DNA from: a virus
Taxonomy: Duplodnaviria > Caudoviricetes
Virus record (IMG/VR): IMGVR_UViG_3300022900_000014
Location: 1 to 53,744 of that record
Length of the DNA stretch: 53,744 nucleotides
Direction: 5' to 3' (one strand)
In this document: piece after piece, positions 9,170 to 18,041 of the stretch
Numbering within the stretch: position 1 is the first letter of the stretch
How the letters are laid out: the number at the start of each line of letters is the position of its first letter
Program-made: the position numbers and the translations under genes
Notes under the pieces: generated by a model
What the model was told of the DNA's origin: nothing
The model's database searches: none
Seen by the model: the letters and a program-made list of their open reading frames with translations, nothing else

Positions 9170-9399
9170 TGGGCCCATTTGGTTATAAGGCGGTGCCCAT
9201 ACCCCATCTAGCTTATGCCGCTAGAGCGTAAACATTATCGTTTGCGTTTATTTTAATTTAGTTTTTACGTCTACTCTGACGATTCTCCATAAGTCTTCAG
9301 TCGTCTGTCGAATCTAAAACGCCCCCATATGTTTTATTGGTGGAGGCGAGGGGAGTTGCACCCCTGTCCAAACTTCCTATCTCTTACTTCAACGAATTC
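9170..9399 (-). ncRNA. ssrA: Circularly permuted (two-piece) tmRNA, tag ANDNVYALAA
   Basis: Acceptor piece ...GGACAGGGGTGCAACTCCCCTCGCCTCCACCA ends at 9338; 11-nt spacer; coding piece starts GGGGGCG at 9326 (G3.U70 pair); tag 9245-9213; helix-2 pairings CAGAC/GTTTG, CTTAT/GTAAG, GAAT/ATTC; outer ends approximate. Confidence 0.92.
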
Positions 9400-9783
9400 T
9401 TAGTCTTCGAATGTATGCCTAAACAATCGTCCATTATACTCAAAGGTAACTGTTTCACCTCTTTGTACTTGTATCGGAACTTCTTCACAAAACTCTTTCT
9501 GAACAATCCTGGATTGAGCATTATTCTTAGCAACGTTAGAACCGATAATAGCTCCAGCAATTGTAGCTGCTGTTTTACCAGAACCGTTTCCAACTTGATG
9601 TCCTAAGACACCGCCAATGACTCCACCCACTATACCTGATGTTGCGGTATTATCTACGAAGACATCTCTAACTACGCATTGCTTCTGATAAATCGTAACA
9701 TATCTCGGTGTTGTACTTAGCACAACCACATCAGCAAAAGCAAATGTTGGTAAGAGTGCTCCGAGTAAAAGAAATTGTTTCAT
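9400..9783 (-). CDS. Exported glycine-zipper 2TM protein
   Basis: Signal peptide; GGVIGGVLGHQVGNGSGKTAATIAGAIIG. Confidence 0.85.
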   Translation of the reverse strand: MKQFLLLGALLPTFAFADVVVLSTTPRYVTIYQKQCVVRDVFVDNTATSGIVGGVIGGVLGHQVGNGSGKTAATIAGAIIGSNVAKNNAQSRIVQKEFCEEVPIQVQRGETVTFEYNGRLFRHTFED

Positions 9784-9859
9784 GTTTTTCTCCTAACAGT
9801 GTTATATATACGGTGTTACTAAAGGAAACACTAAAATATGGTAATATATTACCACTTTA

Positions 9860-10066
9860 TTAATAATAATTTCCAAACTCATCGATATTAACATCTTTAC
9901 CTGGAACAGGTCTTAATAGATGTTTAGTTTCTACCGGTTCTTTTCCGAGCAATACACGTGCACGGTCACGTACTTCTGCAGTGACTGCATGTCCATACAT
10001 TTCTGGATCAAGGAGGCTTTTTAGGAATTGCATTACTTGAGCTTCATTCATATATTCAAATCTCAC
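9860..10066 (-). CDS. Hypothetical protein
   Basis: ORF directly behind a late promoter. Confidence 0.6.
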   Translation of the reverse strand: MRFEYMNEAQVMQFLKSLLDPEMYGHAVTAEVRDRARVLLGKEPVETKHLLRPVPGKDVNIDEFGNYY

Positions 10067-10071
10067 GTTAC

Positions 10072-10079
10072 TATTTATA
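10072..10079 (-). promoter_or_regulatory. T4-type late promoter
   Basis: TATAAATA. Confidence 0.7.
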
Positions 10080-10109
10080 TGTATTTTTAACTAGGCTTTT
10101 TTATTACTT

Positions 10110-10691
10110 TTATATGTCATAACCAAGAATGACATCATGGATATTTCGCCAGTTCAAAACTCGTGGTATATCCTTATCATCAGCATTATGCTCATGTGAC
10201 ATTAGCAATGGGTTCAAGCCAAAATATTTTCCGACTCTTGCATTGTCTGGTTTATCTTCAATCCACCAGCATCCGGTGTTTTCATATTTTGCCAATGCTT
10301 CATCTTTATCTGCACCACAATCTAGGTAGACAAACTTATCAAAGACGCTTGGTCCAAATAATTCAGAAAGGTTTTTAGTTCGCAAATGCTGTGCGTATTC
10401 ATCATCACTCATTGAAGTGATTACATGGAATATGTAACCATGTTCTTCATGAAGCTTTTTGACATATTTAATTGCATCACGAAATGGAGGAAGTCGACGT
10501 ATGGTAGCTGATTCATTGAACATACGAATTAAGCGTTGTGCTTCATTCCTAGGAATCTCATACTTTTCATCCATCTTGTATAGTCCATCATTGACTATTT
10601 TATAACCATGACGATTCATCCAACGATCAAAAGAGTGTTCCCAATCGCAGAGAACACCATCACAGTCAGTTAATATAATTTTATCTTTCAA
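10110..10691 (-). CDS. HAD-superfamily 5'(3')-deoxyribonucleotidase-like protein
   Basis: DCDGVL, VITS, K, IEDK motifs. Confidence 0.8.
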   Translation of the reverse strand: MKDKIILTDCDGVLCDWEHSFDRWMNRHGYKIVNDGLYKMDEKYEIPRNEAQRLIRMFNESATIRRLPPFRDAIKYVKKLHEEHGYIFHVITSMSDDEYAQHLRTKNLSELFGPSVFDKFVYLDCGADKDEALAKYENTGCWWIEDKPDNARVGKYFGLNPLLMSHEHNADDKDIPRVLNWRNIHDVILGYDI

Positions 10692-11092
10692 TTTATAATC
10701 CTTTTTTCAAATTCTTCAATCGAGCCTGGAAATCTCCAAGCCCATATAGCCACTAAAGCCATAAATCCTACTGACCAATAGAATCCTTTCAGCGGAATAG
10801 TAAAGAACATAATCACGGCTGATGATGACATTGTAATCAGCATCATGTATTTTAGTTTAGTGGGAAATATTCTCTTCTCAGTCCAATTCGTGAGAAACGG
10901 ACCAAACTTTGGATGGCTATAAAGCCATGCGTGCATCTTAGGAGAACCTTTAGCAAAACAATATGCCGAAGCAACAATAAAGATACTAAATGGAATACCT
11001 GGCGTTACTACACCAACGTATCCCATTGCTAGACAAATGAACCCTAGTACTTTCCATAGAAACTGTTTTATGATATTTCTCCTATACAGCAC
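10688..11092 (-). CDS. ybaN: YbaN/DUF454 inner membrane protein
   Basis: GVVTPGIPFSIF...AYCFAKGSPKMHAWLYSHPKFGP. Confidence 0.8.
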   Translation of the reverse strand: MLYRRNIIKQFLWKVLGFICLAMGYVGVVTPGIPFSIFIVASAYCFAKGSPKMHAWLYSHPKFGPFLTNWTEKRIFPTKLKYMMLITMSSSAVIMFFTIPLKGFYWSVGFMALVAIWAWRFPGSIEEFEKRIIN

Positions 11093-11300
11093 CTAATAAA
11101 ACTTTATCTATTTCCATAGCCATCTCTTCAACCAGCTTCTCGTACTCATACTTAGACTTTAAATCGCCAACAAACTCCTCAGAAGCCTCAACCCAGCGGC
11201 CATCACTCAGCTGCATCATCATACCACCGTCGCAGTCAGTAACCTTTAACCAACGGTATTCTCCCTTAAGGATCACGAAATCACCAGGAAATATAATCAT
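11082..11300 (-). CDS. Hypothetical protein
   Basis: ORF in operon. Confidence 0.6.
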   Translation of the reverse strand: MIIFPGDFVILKGEYRWLKVTDCDGGMMMQLSDGRWVEASEEFVGDLKSKYEYEKLVEEMAMEIDKVLLGAV

Positions 11301-11301
11301 A

Positions 11302-11544
11302 TTAAACCACCTCTCGCTGTTCTGAAGTCAATGCATTCCAAACATCATAACCACCGGCACGTCGAATCTGTGCTCGTGGATCCGGATCAGTTTCCATGGA
11401 CAAGACACTTAGATTATCTCTAAGCTCATCGATAGCTTTCATCACGTGGCCAACGTTGTTTGCTTCTTCGCAGACAACCATTAGCTTCTTGTATGATGCA
11501 GCAATGTCGTTAACCAAATTCATATCAATCTTCTTAGTAATCAT
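11302..11544 (-). CDS. Hypothetical early protein
   Basis: First ORF behind promoter cassette 1; leader GGACTTATATTATG. Confidence 0.65.
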   Translation of the reverse strand: MITKKIDMNLVNDIAASYKKLMVVCEEANNVGHVMKAIDELRDNLSVLSMETDPDPRAQIRRAGGYDVWNALTSEQREVV

Positions 11545-11577
11545 AATATAAGTCCTTATTCATTAATGTATGGTGCT

Positions 11578-11705
11578 ATTATACGACATATTGGGCCTAA
11601 TGTACAATTTATTTTTCGTATATAAATCAACGGCTTAGAAAATCTCTCTCCTAAGCCGTTGATTTTGTTGATATTTTAAATTGTAACAAATTGTGACAAA
11701 TTGTG
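11578..11705 (-). promoter_or_regulatory. Promoter cassette 1 (TGTACA-N17-TATAAT, inverted WATCAANNNNTTR pair, ACAATTTGT repeats)
   Basis: Same architecture at 28963, 40375, 51989. Confidence 0.85.
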
Positions 11706-11843
11706 TCAGCCTTGGCCTCTATACCGCTTAAAGCTGCGTTTCTTATGTTTATTCATGCTGGCCATCTTTAACTTGCCATTTCCGATTGATGTTCCTTTCA
11801 CGAACGTAGTTCGTTCAACCTTTACTTCCGTTTTCTTGGCCAT
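11706..11843 (-). CDS. Small basic protein ending YRGQG (45 aa, not in ORF track)
   Basis: AGGAG RBS; MAKKTEVK...KRSFKRYRGQG. Confidence 0.7.
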   Translation of the reverse strand: MAKKTEVKVERTTFVKGTSIGNGKLKMASMNKHKKRSFKRYRGQG

Positions 11844-11857
11844 GATATGATTTCTCC

Positions 11858-12040
11858 TTAATGCATGGTTTCATACTGATATAAATCGTCAACTAACTCT
11901 TCTATTTTGTTATCAAGGTATTCTAACTTTTTTTGTATTACGTGAGCTTTCTTAGAATTACCAGACTTTTGTAACTTTCTCATAAAATACTCCAATTCTC
12001 TAGAATCTTTCTTCAGCCTTTCAACTTGTGGACCATGCAT
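11858..12040 (-). CDS. Hypothetical protein
   Basis: GAGG RBS. Confidence 0.6.
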   Translation of the reverse strand: MHGPQVERLKKDSRELEYFMRKLQKSGNSKKAHVIQKKLEYLDNKIEELVDDLYQYETMH

Positions 12041-12112
12041 AGCACTTACCTCTCGTAGTTATTGGAAATGAGTAGAAAAGTTAAGTATCCTCCTTTTTGT
12101 AGTTTATAAAGT

Positions 12113-12151
12113 AAAAAAGAACCTAAGCCTTATTCAGACTTGGTTCTTTTT
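12113..12151 (-). terminator. Rho-independent terminator
   Basis: AGAACCAAGTCT...AGGCTTAGGTTCT followed by a T-run. Confidence 0.65.
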
Positions 12152-12182
12152 CGGTTTTCGAGTATAATATTTACCACAATAT

Positions 12183-12190
12183 TATTTATA
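12183..12190 (-). promoter_or_regulatory. T4-type late promoter
   Basis: TATAAATA. Confidence 0.65.
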
Positions 12191-12194
12191 AAAT

Positions 12195-12659
12195 CTAGTC
12201 TTTGATTAAATTAGGAAAGGCTTCTTGCACTAATTTTTTAGTAATACCTTTATAGTGCGCGGTGTTATTCTTATATATCAATTTTTTATCTTTCATAAGA
12301 ATAAGAACTTCGGCATCTTTAGGATGTACACTCTCAAGTACTTCGATGAACATCTTCTCTCTACGCACAGACGGTAAGCCATCTCCTCGACCACCTTTTA
12401 CAAAGTACGTAAACTTCTTAGCCTGCCTATGGATGCTTGATTTACTATATCCATCTGGAGTATGTTCAGCATTATATGGCGGAGTTCCTTCTGGCAAAGT
12501 AAATACAATAAGCGAATCCATTGCACCACGCAATATAGACTTAAGCGCTATTGTCTCATGCTCTTTCAGAATCTTTATCTTCTCTTCTTTTGTTTTTGCT
12601 GCAGCTGCTAATTCAAGTACTTCGTGTATGTACAAATTCACGTAAAATCTCCAACGCAT
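12195..12659 (-). CDS. Conserved T4-like phage hypothetical protein
   Basis: LPEGTPPY...RREKMFIEVLESVHP; follows rnh; start may be GTG at 12641. Confidence 0.7.
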   Translation of the reverse strand: MRWRFYVNLYIHEVLELAAAAKTKEEKIKILKEHETIALKSILRGAMDSLIVFTLPEGTPPYNAEHTPDGYSKSSIHRQAKKFTYFVKGGRGDGLPSVRREKMFIEVLESVHPKDAEVLILMKDKKLIYKNNTAHYKGITKKLVQEAFPNLIKD

Positions 12660-13489
12660 TCTATTAGTAATTTACAACGCTTCTTAATAAGATAGTTAAG
12701 TATCTTCGAAGGATGAGCAACTTTAGTGTTGTCAAATATATCTATAACAGAATTTCTCAGTTCGATTGGAGTCTCGGATAAATCAATCATCTTTTTATTG
12801 CGTATGTAATTTCGATACGCTTCTTGATCTGAGTCTAACCAGCTTGAGGTTTCCACATAGTTCGAGTAATGAGCTATTTTCTTTTGAGTCATTGGCGTTT
12901 GTCTAATGCCGCTAACAAAGGTATCATCGCCAGAAAGAATATTAGGTACACCGTCAGAAGAATCACCTTTAAAGATATGCTCGGTAAGATAGTTTACAGG
13001 ATCAGCATGTTCGACAAACTTCTTAGTCATTGGAGAGAACTGTCGAATATTGTTATAACGATGAAGCTGTATAAAGTCTTTATCAGCAGAAACAATCATA
13101 ACGTTTTCATGCTTACCAAACTCTTGAGTATTTTCACACAATATACCAACGATGTCATCAGCTTCACATCGATCTACTTTAATCACTTTATAAGGAAGGT
13201 TTTCTTTTATTTCTTCAAGAACTAAGTTTGTGATTCTAAAGACTTCATCCCAATCAAGCGTTGATTCATCTCTATTTGCTTTACGCTTGAACTTATACTG
13301 AGGAAAGACTTCCTTTCGCCATGAAGATGAATCAGCTGCGATTACTACTTGTCCGTACTGATCTCTAAACTTTTTATTGTACATACGAATAGAGTTAAGA
13401 ATCATATGACGAATCATATCTTCTTGTATATCTATTTTTTGCACAATAATATTAGATATTGCAATGCCGGAGTAATCAATGATAATCAT
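12638..13489 (-). CDS. rnh: T4-type RNase H (5'-3' exonuclease)
   Basis: WRKEVFPQYK, EADDIV, SADKDFIQL, GDSSDGVPN. Confidence 0.93.
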   Translation of the reverse strand: MIIIDYSGIAISNIIVQKIDIQEDMIRHMILNSIRMYNKKFRDQYGQVVIAADSSSWRKEVFPQYKFKRKANRDESTLDWDEVFRITNLVLEEIKENLPYKVIKVDRCEADDIVGILCENTQEFGKHENVMIVSADKDFIQLHRYNNIRQFSPMTKKFVEHADPVNYLTEHIFKGDSSDGVPNILSGDDTFVSGIRQTPMTQKKIAHYSNYVETSSWLDSDQEAYRNYIRNKKMIDLSETPIELRNSVIDIFDNTKVAHPSKILNYLIKKRCKLLIECVGDFT

Positions 13490-13521
13490 TATTATATAAC
13501 CTTTTCAATTTAATATATGAT

Positions 13522-13550
13522 ATTATATCACAAAATTCAATATTTGTACA
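13522..13550 (-). promoter_or_regulatory. Sigma70-like promoter
   Basis: TGTACA-N17-TATAAT. Confidence 0.75.
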
Positions 13551-13752
13551 CACTTCCCTTATCAGTCATTGAGTAAAAATAGTTTATAACGAATTCCGAT
13601 TCTTTTCTTTTGCAATCATAATTGAAGCGTTCGCTCTTCATTGGCCACCAATAAGAATTATATCCATTCATATCTTTGTACATGAATCTCAAATAGAGCC
13701 ACGAAAACTTTCTTATACCATACGTGTTATCTTTAAAACTTACTACTTTCAT
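13537..13752 (-). CDS. Hypothetical protein
   Basis: ORF in operon. Confidence 0.55.
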   Translation of the reverse strand: MKVVSFKDNTYGIRKFSWLYLRFMYKDMNGYNSYWWPMKSERFNYDCKRKESEFVINYFYSMTDKGSVYKY

Positions 13753-13754
13753 AG

Positions 13755-14084
13755 TTATTCCTCAAAGAGTCCTTTGTGATTATCCATAATTAATCTCAAT
13801 TCTTCAAGGTATTCTGCCATTTCATCTACACGGGAGTGTAGCACATGATATCTTCCTTCATGCCTCAATAACATTGCATATGTAGTATTAAGAATAACAT
13901 TGAGGTCAGAAAGCATTTCGGCTGAAGATAACGGATCATAGTCTAACTTCAGTAATTCATAAACTAAAGCGTCGATTGCGTCTGCTGCAACTGACATAAC
14001 AGGATCATCCATCTTCTCGATATCTGCAGATTTTCCTTCTCTCGTTTTACTCGGAGTTGGAAATTGTATGATACTAGCTGACAT
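13755..14084 (-). CDS. Hypothetical protein
   Basis: ORF in operon. Confidence 0.6.
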   Translation of the reverse strand: MSASIIQFPTPSKTREGKSADIEKMDDPVMSVAADAIDALVYELLKLDYDPLSSAEMLSDLNVILNTTYAMLLRHEGRYHVLHSRVDEMAEYLEELRLIMDNHKGLFEE

Positions 14085-14520
14085 GTAATCCTCTTAAATG
14101 TGATTTACGCACTTTCACTTGAATCCATCCATTATAGTAGTCTTCCCTTAAAAGTGCATCACGTTCTATTTGCTCTTTTAATTCTAAATAAGCACATTCC
14201 GCTTTGGTTTTACATAAGTGCAATATTGTTCTTTGGAATGATTCATGACCAAGTGCAATGATATCATTCTTTAGTTCTTCATTAGAACCACAATACTCTT
14301 TCCAATCAGATTCTACTTTATATCTTTTCTTTTTCTTATTGACTTGACGAGTTTTCATAGACCAGAAAAACTTCTTTCCTATATACTTCTTACCAGTCTC
14401 TAAGTTTTCGATTAGATATACAAAACCGTATATTTCTTTTGGATCTAAATTATCAGGCTCATATGCAATCCGCCTAGGCGGTAACCCAGATATTTTTTCT
14501 TCGATTATCCACTGATTCAT
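14074..14520 (-). CDS. GIY-YIG family nuclease
   Basis: GFVY...KKYIGKK, YCGS, conserved E, YYN. Confidence 0.8.
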   Translation of the reverse strand: MNQWIIEEKISGLPPRRIAYEPDNLDPKEIYGFVYLIENLETGKKYIGKKFFWSMKTRQVNKKKKRYKVESDWKEYCGSNEELKNDIIALGHESFQRTILHLCKTKAECAYLELKEQIERDALLREDYYNGWIQVKVRKSHLRGLHVS

Positions 14521-14548
14521 AAATAGCCCATATAGCAGTTATATGGAC

Positions 14549-14556
14549 TATTTATA
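14549..14556 (-). promoter_or_regulatory. T4-type late promoter
   Basis: TATAAATA. Confidence 0.65.
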
Positions 14557-14558
14557 GT

Positions 14559-14720
14559 TCATTCCCAGTCAGTGTTTCCATATCCAATGGACTCAATGTC
14601 CATTTCTTCTTTTTCTAATTCGCCGCAATACGGGCAATACAGTATATCAATACCTTCGTCTTCAGCTTGCTCAGACATAATCATATATCGAATACCGCAA
14701 GAGTCACACGTCTTAGTCAT
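14559..14720 (-). CDS. Small zinc-ribbon protein (53 aa, not in ORF track)
   Basis: CDSC...CPYC; start overlaps the nrdB stop. Confidence 0.7.
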   Translation of the reverse strand: MTKTCDSCGIRYMIMSEQAEDEGIDILYCPYCGELEKEEMDIESIGYGNTDWE

Positions 14721-15703
14721 TAACCATTCCCCCAAATATCTTTCCAGTCTCCAGTTAATGCGCCACGTGCATAGTCAGTTGCGCGATTCTCGAAGAAGTT
14801 AGTATGCGTTGGTGCATTAATCATTTCTTCTACCCAAAGTAAAGGATTCTTCTTAATCTTAAATATGCCCTTTAAGCCTAAGCTAATTAGCCGACGATCG
14901 CAGATGTAACGAATATACTTCTTAACATCTTCAGCTGATAGATCTTCCATGTCACCCATAGAGAATGACAGATCGATAAACTTATCTTCTAGCTCAACCA
15001 TGCGCTCTGCAATAGTATAGATTTTACCTTTCAGATCATCATTCCAAAGCTCTACATTTTCTTGAATATATGTACGGAATAACTTAATCATATTCTCAGC
15101 GTGCATAGTCTCATCAACAATAGACCATGTAATAATCTGACCCATACCCTTCATTTTACCATGACGTGGGAAATTCAATAGCATAATGAATGATGAGAAG
15201 AGTTGCATTCCTTCAGTAAACGCTGAGAATGCTGCAATGTTTGTTGCTATTGTACCTTTATCTTGGGTATCATTAGAAAGATCCAAGAAGTATTCGTGCT
15301 TATTAGACATGGCTTCGTATTCAAGGAACTCATTATATGTCGACTCAGGCATACCCAAAGTTTCAATTAAATGGCTGTAGGCGGCCACGTGGAGCGCCTC
15401 ACGCGCGGCAAATCCCATAAGCATCATTCTTACTTCAGGCTGAGGAAAGTGCGGGAGATAGTTATTAACATATCCTCCAGCAACATCAATATCACCTTGC
15501 GTAAAGAATCGAAAGATGTTTGTTAAGAATCCTTTTTCTGAATTTGATACCTTATTATGCCAATCCTTAACGTCTTCTGCCATAGGCACTTCTGTGTGTA
15601 GCCAATGGCTTTGCTCATGCTTTAACCAAGCATCATATGCCCATGCATAATTGAATGGCTTAAAGTAAGCTCTTTCGTCTGTTAATTTTAACTTTGTTGA
15701 CAT
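14720..15703 (-). CDS. nrdB: Ribonucleotide reductase class I beta subunit
   Basis: FTQGD, EALHVAAY, TEG, DETMH, NFFE. Confidence 0.95.
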   Translation of the reverse strand: MSTKLKLTDERAYFKPFNYAWAYDAWLKHEQSHWLHTEVPMAEDVKDWHNKVSNSEKGFLTNIFRFFTQGDIDVAGGYVNNYLPHFPQPEVRMMLMGFAAREALHVAAYSHLIETLGMPESTYNEFLEYEAMSNKHEYFLDLSNDTQDKGTIATNIAAFSAFTEGMQLFSSFIMLLNFPRHGKMKGMGQIITWSIVDETMHAENMIKLFRTYIQENVELWNDDLKGKIYTIAERMVELEDKFIDLSFSMGDMEDLSAEDVKKYIRYICDRRLISLGLKGIFKIKKNPLLWVEEMINAPTHTNFFENRATDYARGALTGDWKDIWGNG

Positions 15704-15704
15704 G

Positions 15705-17507
15705 TTATCCCTCACATGCTAAGCATGGTTCATCGTTTACTAGAGCACTCATGTCTAGCTCCTTAATGATTTGCCGCTCAATCTTATTAGATACTTTATC
15801 TGCTTTACCGAGCTTTTCTGATCGGCAATAGTAGAGCGACTTAAGTCCTTGTTTCCATGCTAGGTAGTGTGCAGCATGAACATATTTAACATTTGAATCT
15901 GGACGGAAGAAAAGATTAAGCGACTGTGCTTGATCAATATACTCCTGACGCTTAGCAGCATGATCGATCAACCATCGCTGATCAATCTCCATGGCAGTCT
16001 TAAAGACGTCTTTTTCCCATGCGTCAAGGAATGTCAAGTGTTGTGCTGATCCGTCGTTTGAGATGATTGAGGACCAGACTTCGTCGTATTCTTGCTTGAC
16101 TTCTCCAGCTTCAATCTTATTTTTAATAAGCTTATCAAGATGCTTATTTTTATTAAGATGAGATCCAGAAAGTGTATCTTGACGATACGCGTTAGCTCTA
16201 AAAGGCTCAATAGAAGGGCTAGTATTCCCCATGATGATAGAGCTAGAAGCATTAGGAGCCACAGCCATAACGTGAGAGAAACGTAGACCACTACCTTCTG
16301 CGTCGGGAGGACTACCTCGCTCAGCACCCAATTCCAAATTTGCTTCATCAAGTTTACCTCTTATATGCTTAAACATTCTAATGTTAGCACCGGTTGCCAT
16401 AGCACTTTCCCATGGCATATTCTTACTTTGCAGATAGGCATGGAATCCTAAAGCGCCAACGCCGATGCTGCGTTCGCGGAAAGCCGAAAATTTAGCACGA
16501 GAAACAGTATCAGGTGCATTGTCAATAAAATACTGAAGTACATTATCCAGCATTTCTGCTACATCTTTAAGGAATTGCGCGTTCTTACTCCATGAGTCAT
16601 AATACTCTAGGTTGACTGATGAGAGACAACAAACTGCAGTACGCTCCTCATTGGTTGCTAGAATAATCTCTGAACACAGATTAGACTGATGTACTTTTAA
16701 GCCTAAGTCTTTTTGGAACTGCGGTAAGCCACGATTAGAAGCATCAATGAAATGGATATAGGGTTCGCCGGTTTCCATTCGAAGCTCGATGATCTTCTGC
16801 CACAATGCCTTAGCAGATACCGTATCCTTGATCTGGCCAGAATGGGGTTCTACAAGATTCCATCCATCATCAGCATCTGGATCCGTCATAGCTCGTTCTA
16901 CTACTTCCATAAAGCGATCTGTAATATTAATACCATGGTGTAGGTTCAAGCAACGAACATTCGGATCGCCTGTAGGCTTACGCATCTCCAAGAACATTAT
17001 AACGTCTGGATGAGATATATCCAAGTAAGTAGCGTAAGAGCCCCTGCGAGTGCGTCCTTGGCGATATGCGAGGCACGATGAATCGTAAGTCTTGAGATGA
17101 GGCATAACACCCACAGACTTATCATCGGCGCCACGGATGCCAAAACCAATCCCAACGCCACCGCCAAGCATAGATAGCCAATTTGTTTCAGAAAGGTTTT
17201 CAACGAGTCCCTCCGCAGTATCATTAATATAGTTTAGAAAGCAAGAGATTGGCATACCATTCTTAGATTTGCCAAAAGAGAGAATAGGAGTAGAATACGA
17301 TAGCCAATGCTTAGATGAATAATCGTATAGTCTTTGTGCGTGTTCTGGATTTGAGCTAAAGGTTTTACTGACAAAAGCAAACCTTTCTTGAGGAGATTCT
17401 TCATCTTCCCGCATGTAGCTTTCTCGTAGTCGTTGGAGACCTAACTTATCAAATAGCTTATCTCGGGAGAGATCGATTTGTATACCATTATATTCTTGTT
17501 TTGCCAT
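15705..17507 (-). CDS. nrdA: Ribonucleotide reductase class I alpha subunit (no ATP cone evident)
   Basis: ISCF, SNLCSEI, APNASSS, KSLYY, C-terminal CLACEG. Confidence 0.95.
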   Translation of the reverse strand: MAKQEYNGIQIDLSRDKLFDKLGLQRLRESYMREDEESPQERFAFVSKTFSSNPEHAQRLYDYSSKHWLSYSTPILSFGKSKNGMPISCFLNYINDTAEGLVENLSETNWLSMLGGGVGIGFGIRGADDKSVGVMPHLKTYDSSCLAYRQGRTRRGSYATYLDISHPDVIMFLEMRKPTGDPNVRCLNLHHGINITDRFMEVVERAMTDPDADDGWNLVEPHSGQIKDTVSAKALWQKIIELRMETGEPYIHFIDASNRGLPQFQKDLGLKVHQSNLCSEIILATNEERTAVCCLSSVNLEYYDSWSKNAQFLKDVAEMLDNVLQYFIDNAPDTVSRAKFSAFRERSIGVGALGFHAYLQSKNMPWESAMATGANIRMFKHIRGKLDEANLELGAERGSPPDAEGSGLRFSHVMAVAPNASSSIIMGNTSPSIEPFRANAYRQDTLSGSHLNKNKHLDKLIKNKIEAGEVKQEYDEVWSSIISNDGSAQHLTFLDAWEKDVFKTAMEIDQRWLIDHAAKRQEYIDQAQSLNLFFRPDSNVKYVHAAHYLAWKQGLKSLYYCRSEKLGKADKVSNKIERQIIKELDMSALVNDEPCLACEG

Positions 17508-17563
17508 AGTAATTCCTTCAACTTAAGACCAAAATACCATTTGTATTTTCTTTTGATTGGTCT

Positions 17564-17592
17564 ATTATATATCATATGAACTACTTTGTACA
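17564..17592 (-). promoter_or_regulatory. Sigma70-like promoter of nrdA
   Basis: TGTACA-N17-TATAAT. Confidence 0.75.
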
Positions 17593-17609
17593 TACAAATG
17601 TGATATATT

Positions 17610-18041
17610 TTACTCTGGAGGATTTGCTGCAGCTCTTTCTTCGGTGAAATCTACAGCCTTCTCATAATACACTATAATTTCCCTTTGCTGTAAGATATAG
17701 CGTCTGAGCTCTTGTAGATTGATTGAAAGGTTTTCATAATCTGGAATCGACATTGAAACAAAAACAATCTGACCATTATTTTTTTCAAAGTCTGCTAAAA
17801 AATCATCTAAGGTATCTGGAGTAACAACATAGAATTGCACATTATTCAACTCGACCGGTTGAGGACGAATCGGAATTTGAATATTTGGATATTCAATCTT
17901 TGTGACAGTGACAATCCTAGGTTCAGGATCTGGCTTTGAAAATCCTAGTAGGCTACAACTACTCAGGAATAGGCTCGAGATCACTAACAGACTTATTGTC
18001 AGTGTTTTGTTCAATTTCTCTAAAGACTTCAACTGTACCAT
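17610..18041 (-). CDS. Putative o-spanin lipoprotein
   Basis: Lipobox LSSC, Pro-rich segment; overlaps the 3' end of the i-spanin gene; start uncertain. Confidence 0.7.
   Translation of the reverse strand: MVQLKSLEKLNKTLTISLLVISSLFLSSCSLLGFSKPDPEPRIVTVTKIEYPNIQIPIRPQPVELNNVQFYVVTPDTLDDFLADFEKNNGQIVFVSMSIPDYENLSINLQELRRYILQQREIIVYYEKAVDFTEERAAANPPE

Noticed and set aside
8861-9203. Direct repeats as a CRISPR array or fluoride riboswitch
   Set aside because: Only two copies 309 bp apart with an ORF between them; the riboswitch consensus is incomplete; the first copy is part of the tmRNA
9337-9606. ORFs overlapping the tmRNA and the glycine-zipper gene
   Set aside because: Explained by the tmRNA T-arm and the 9400-9783 gene
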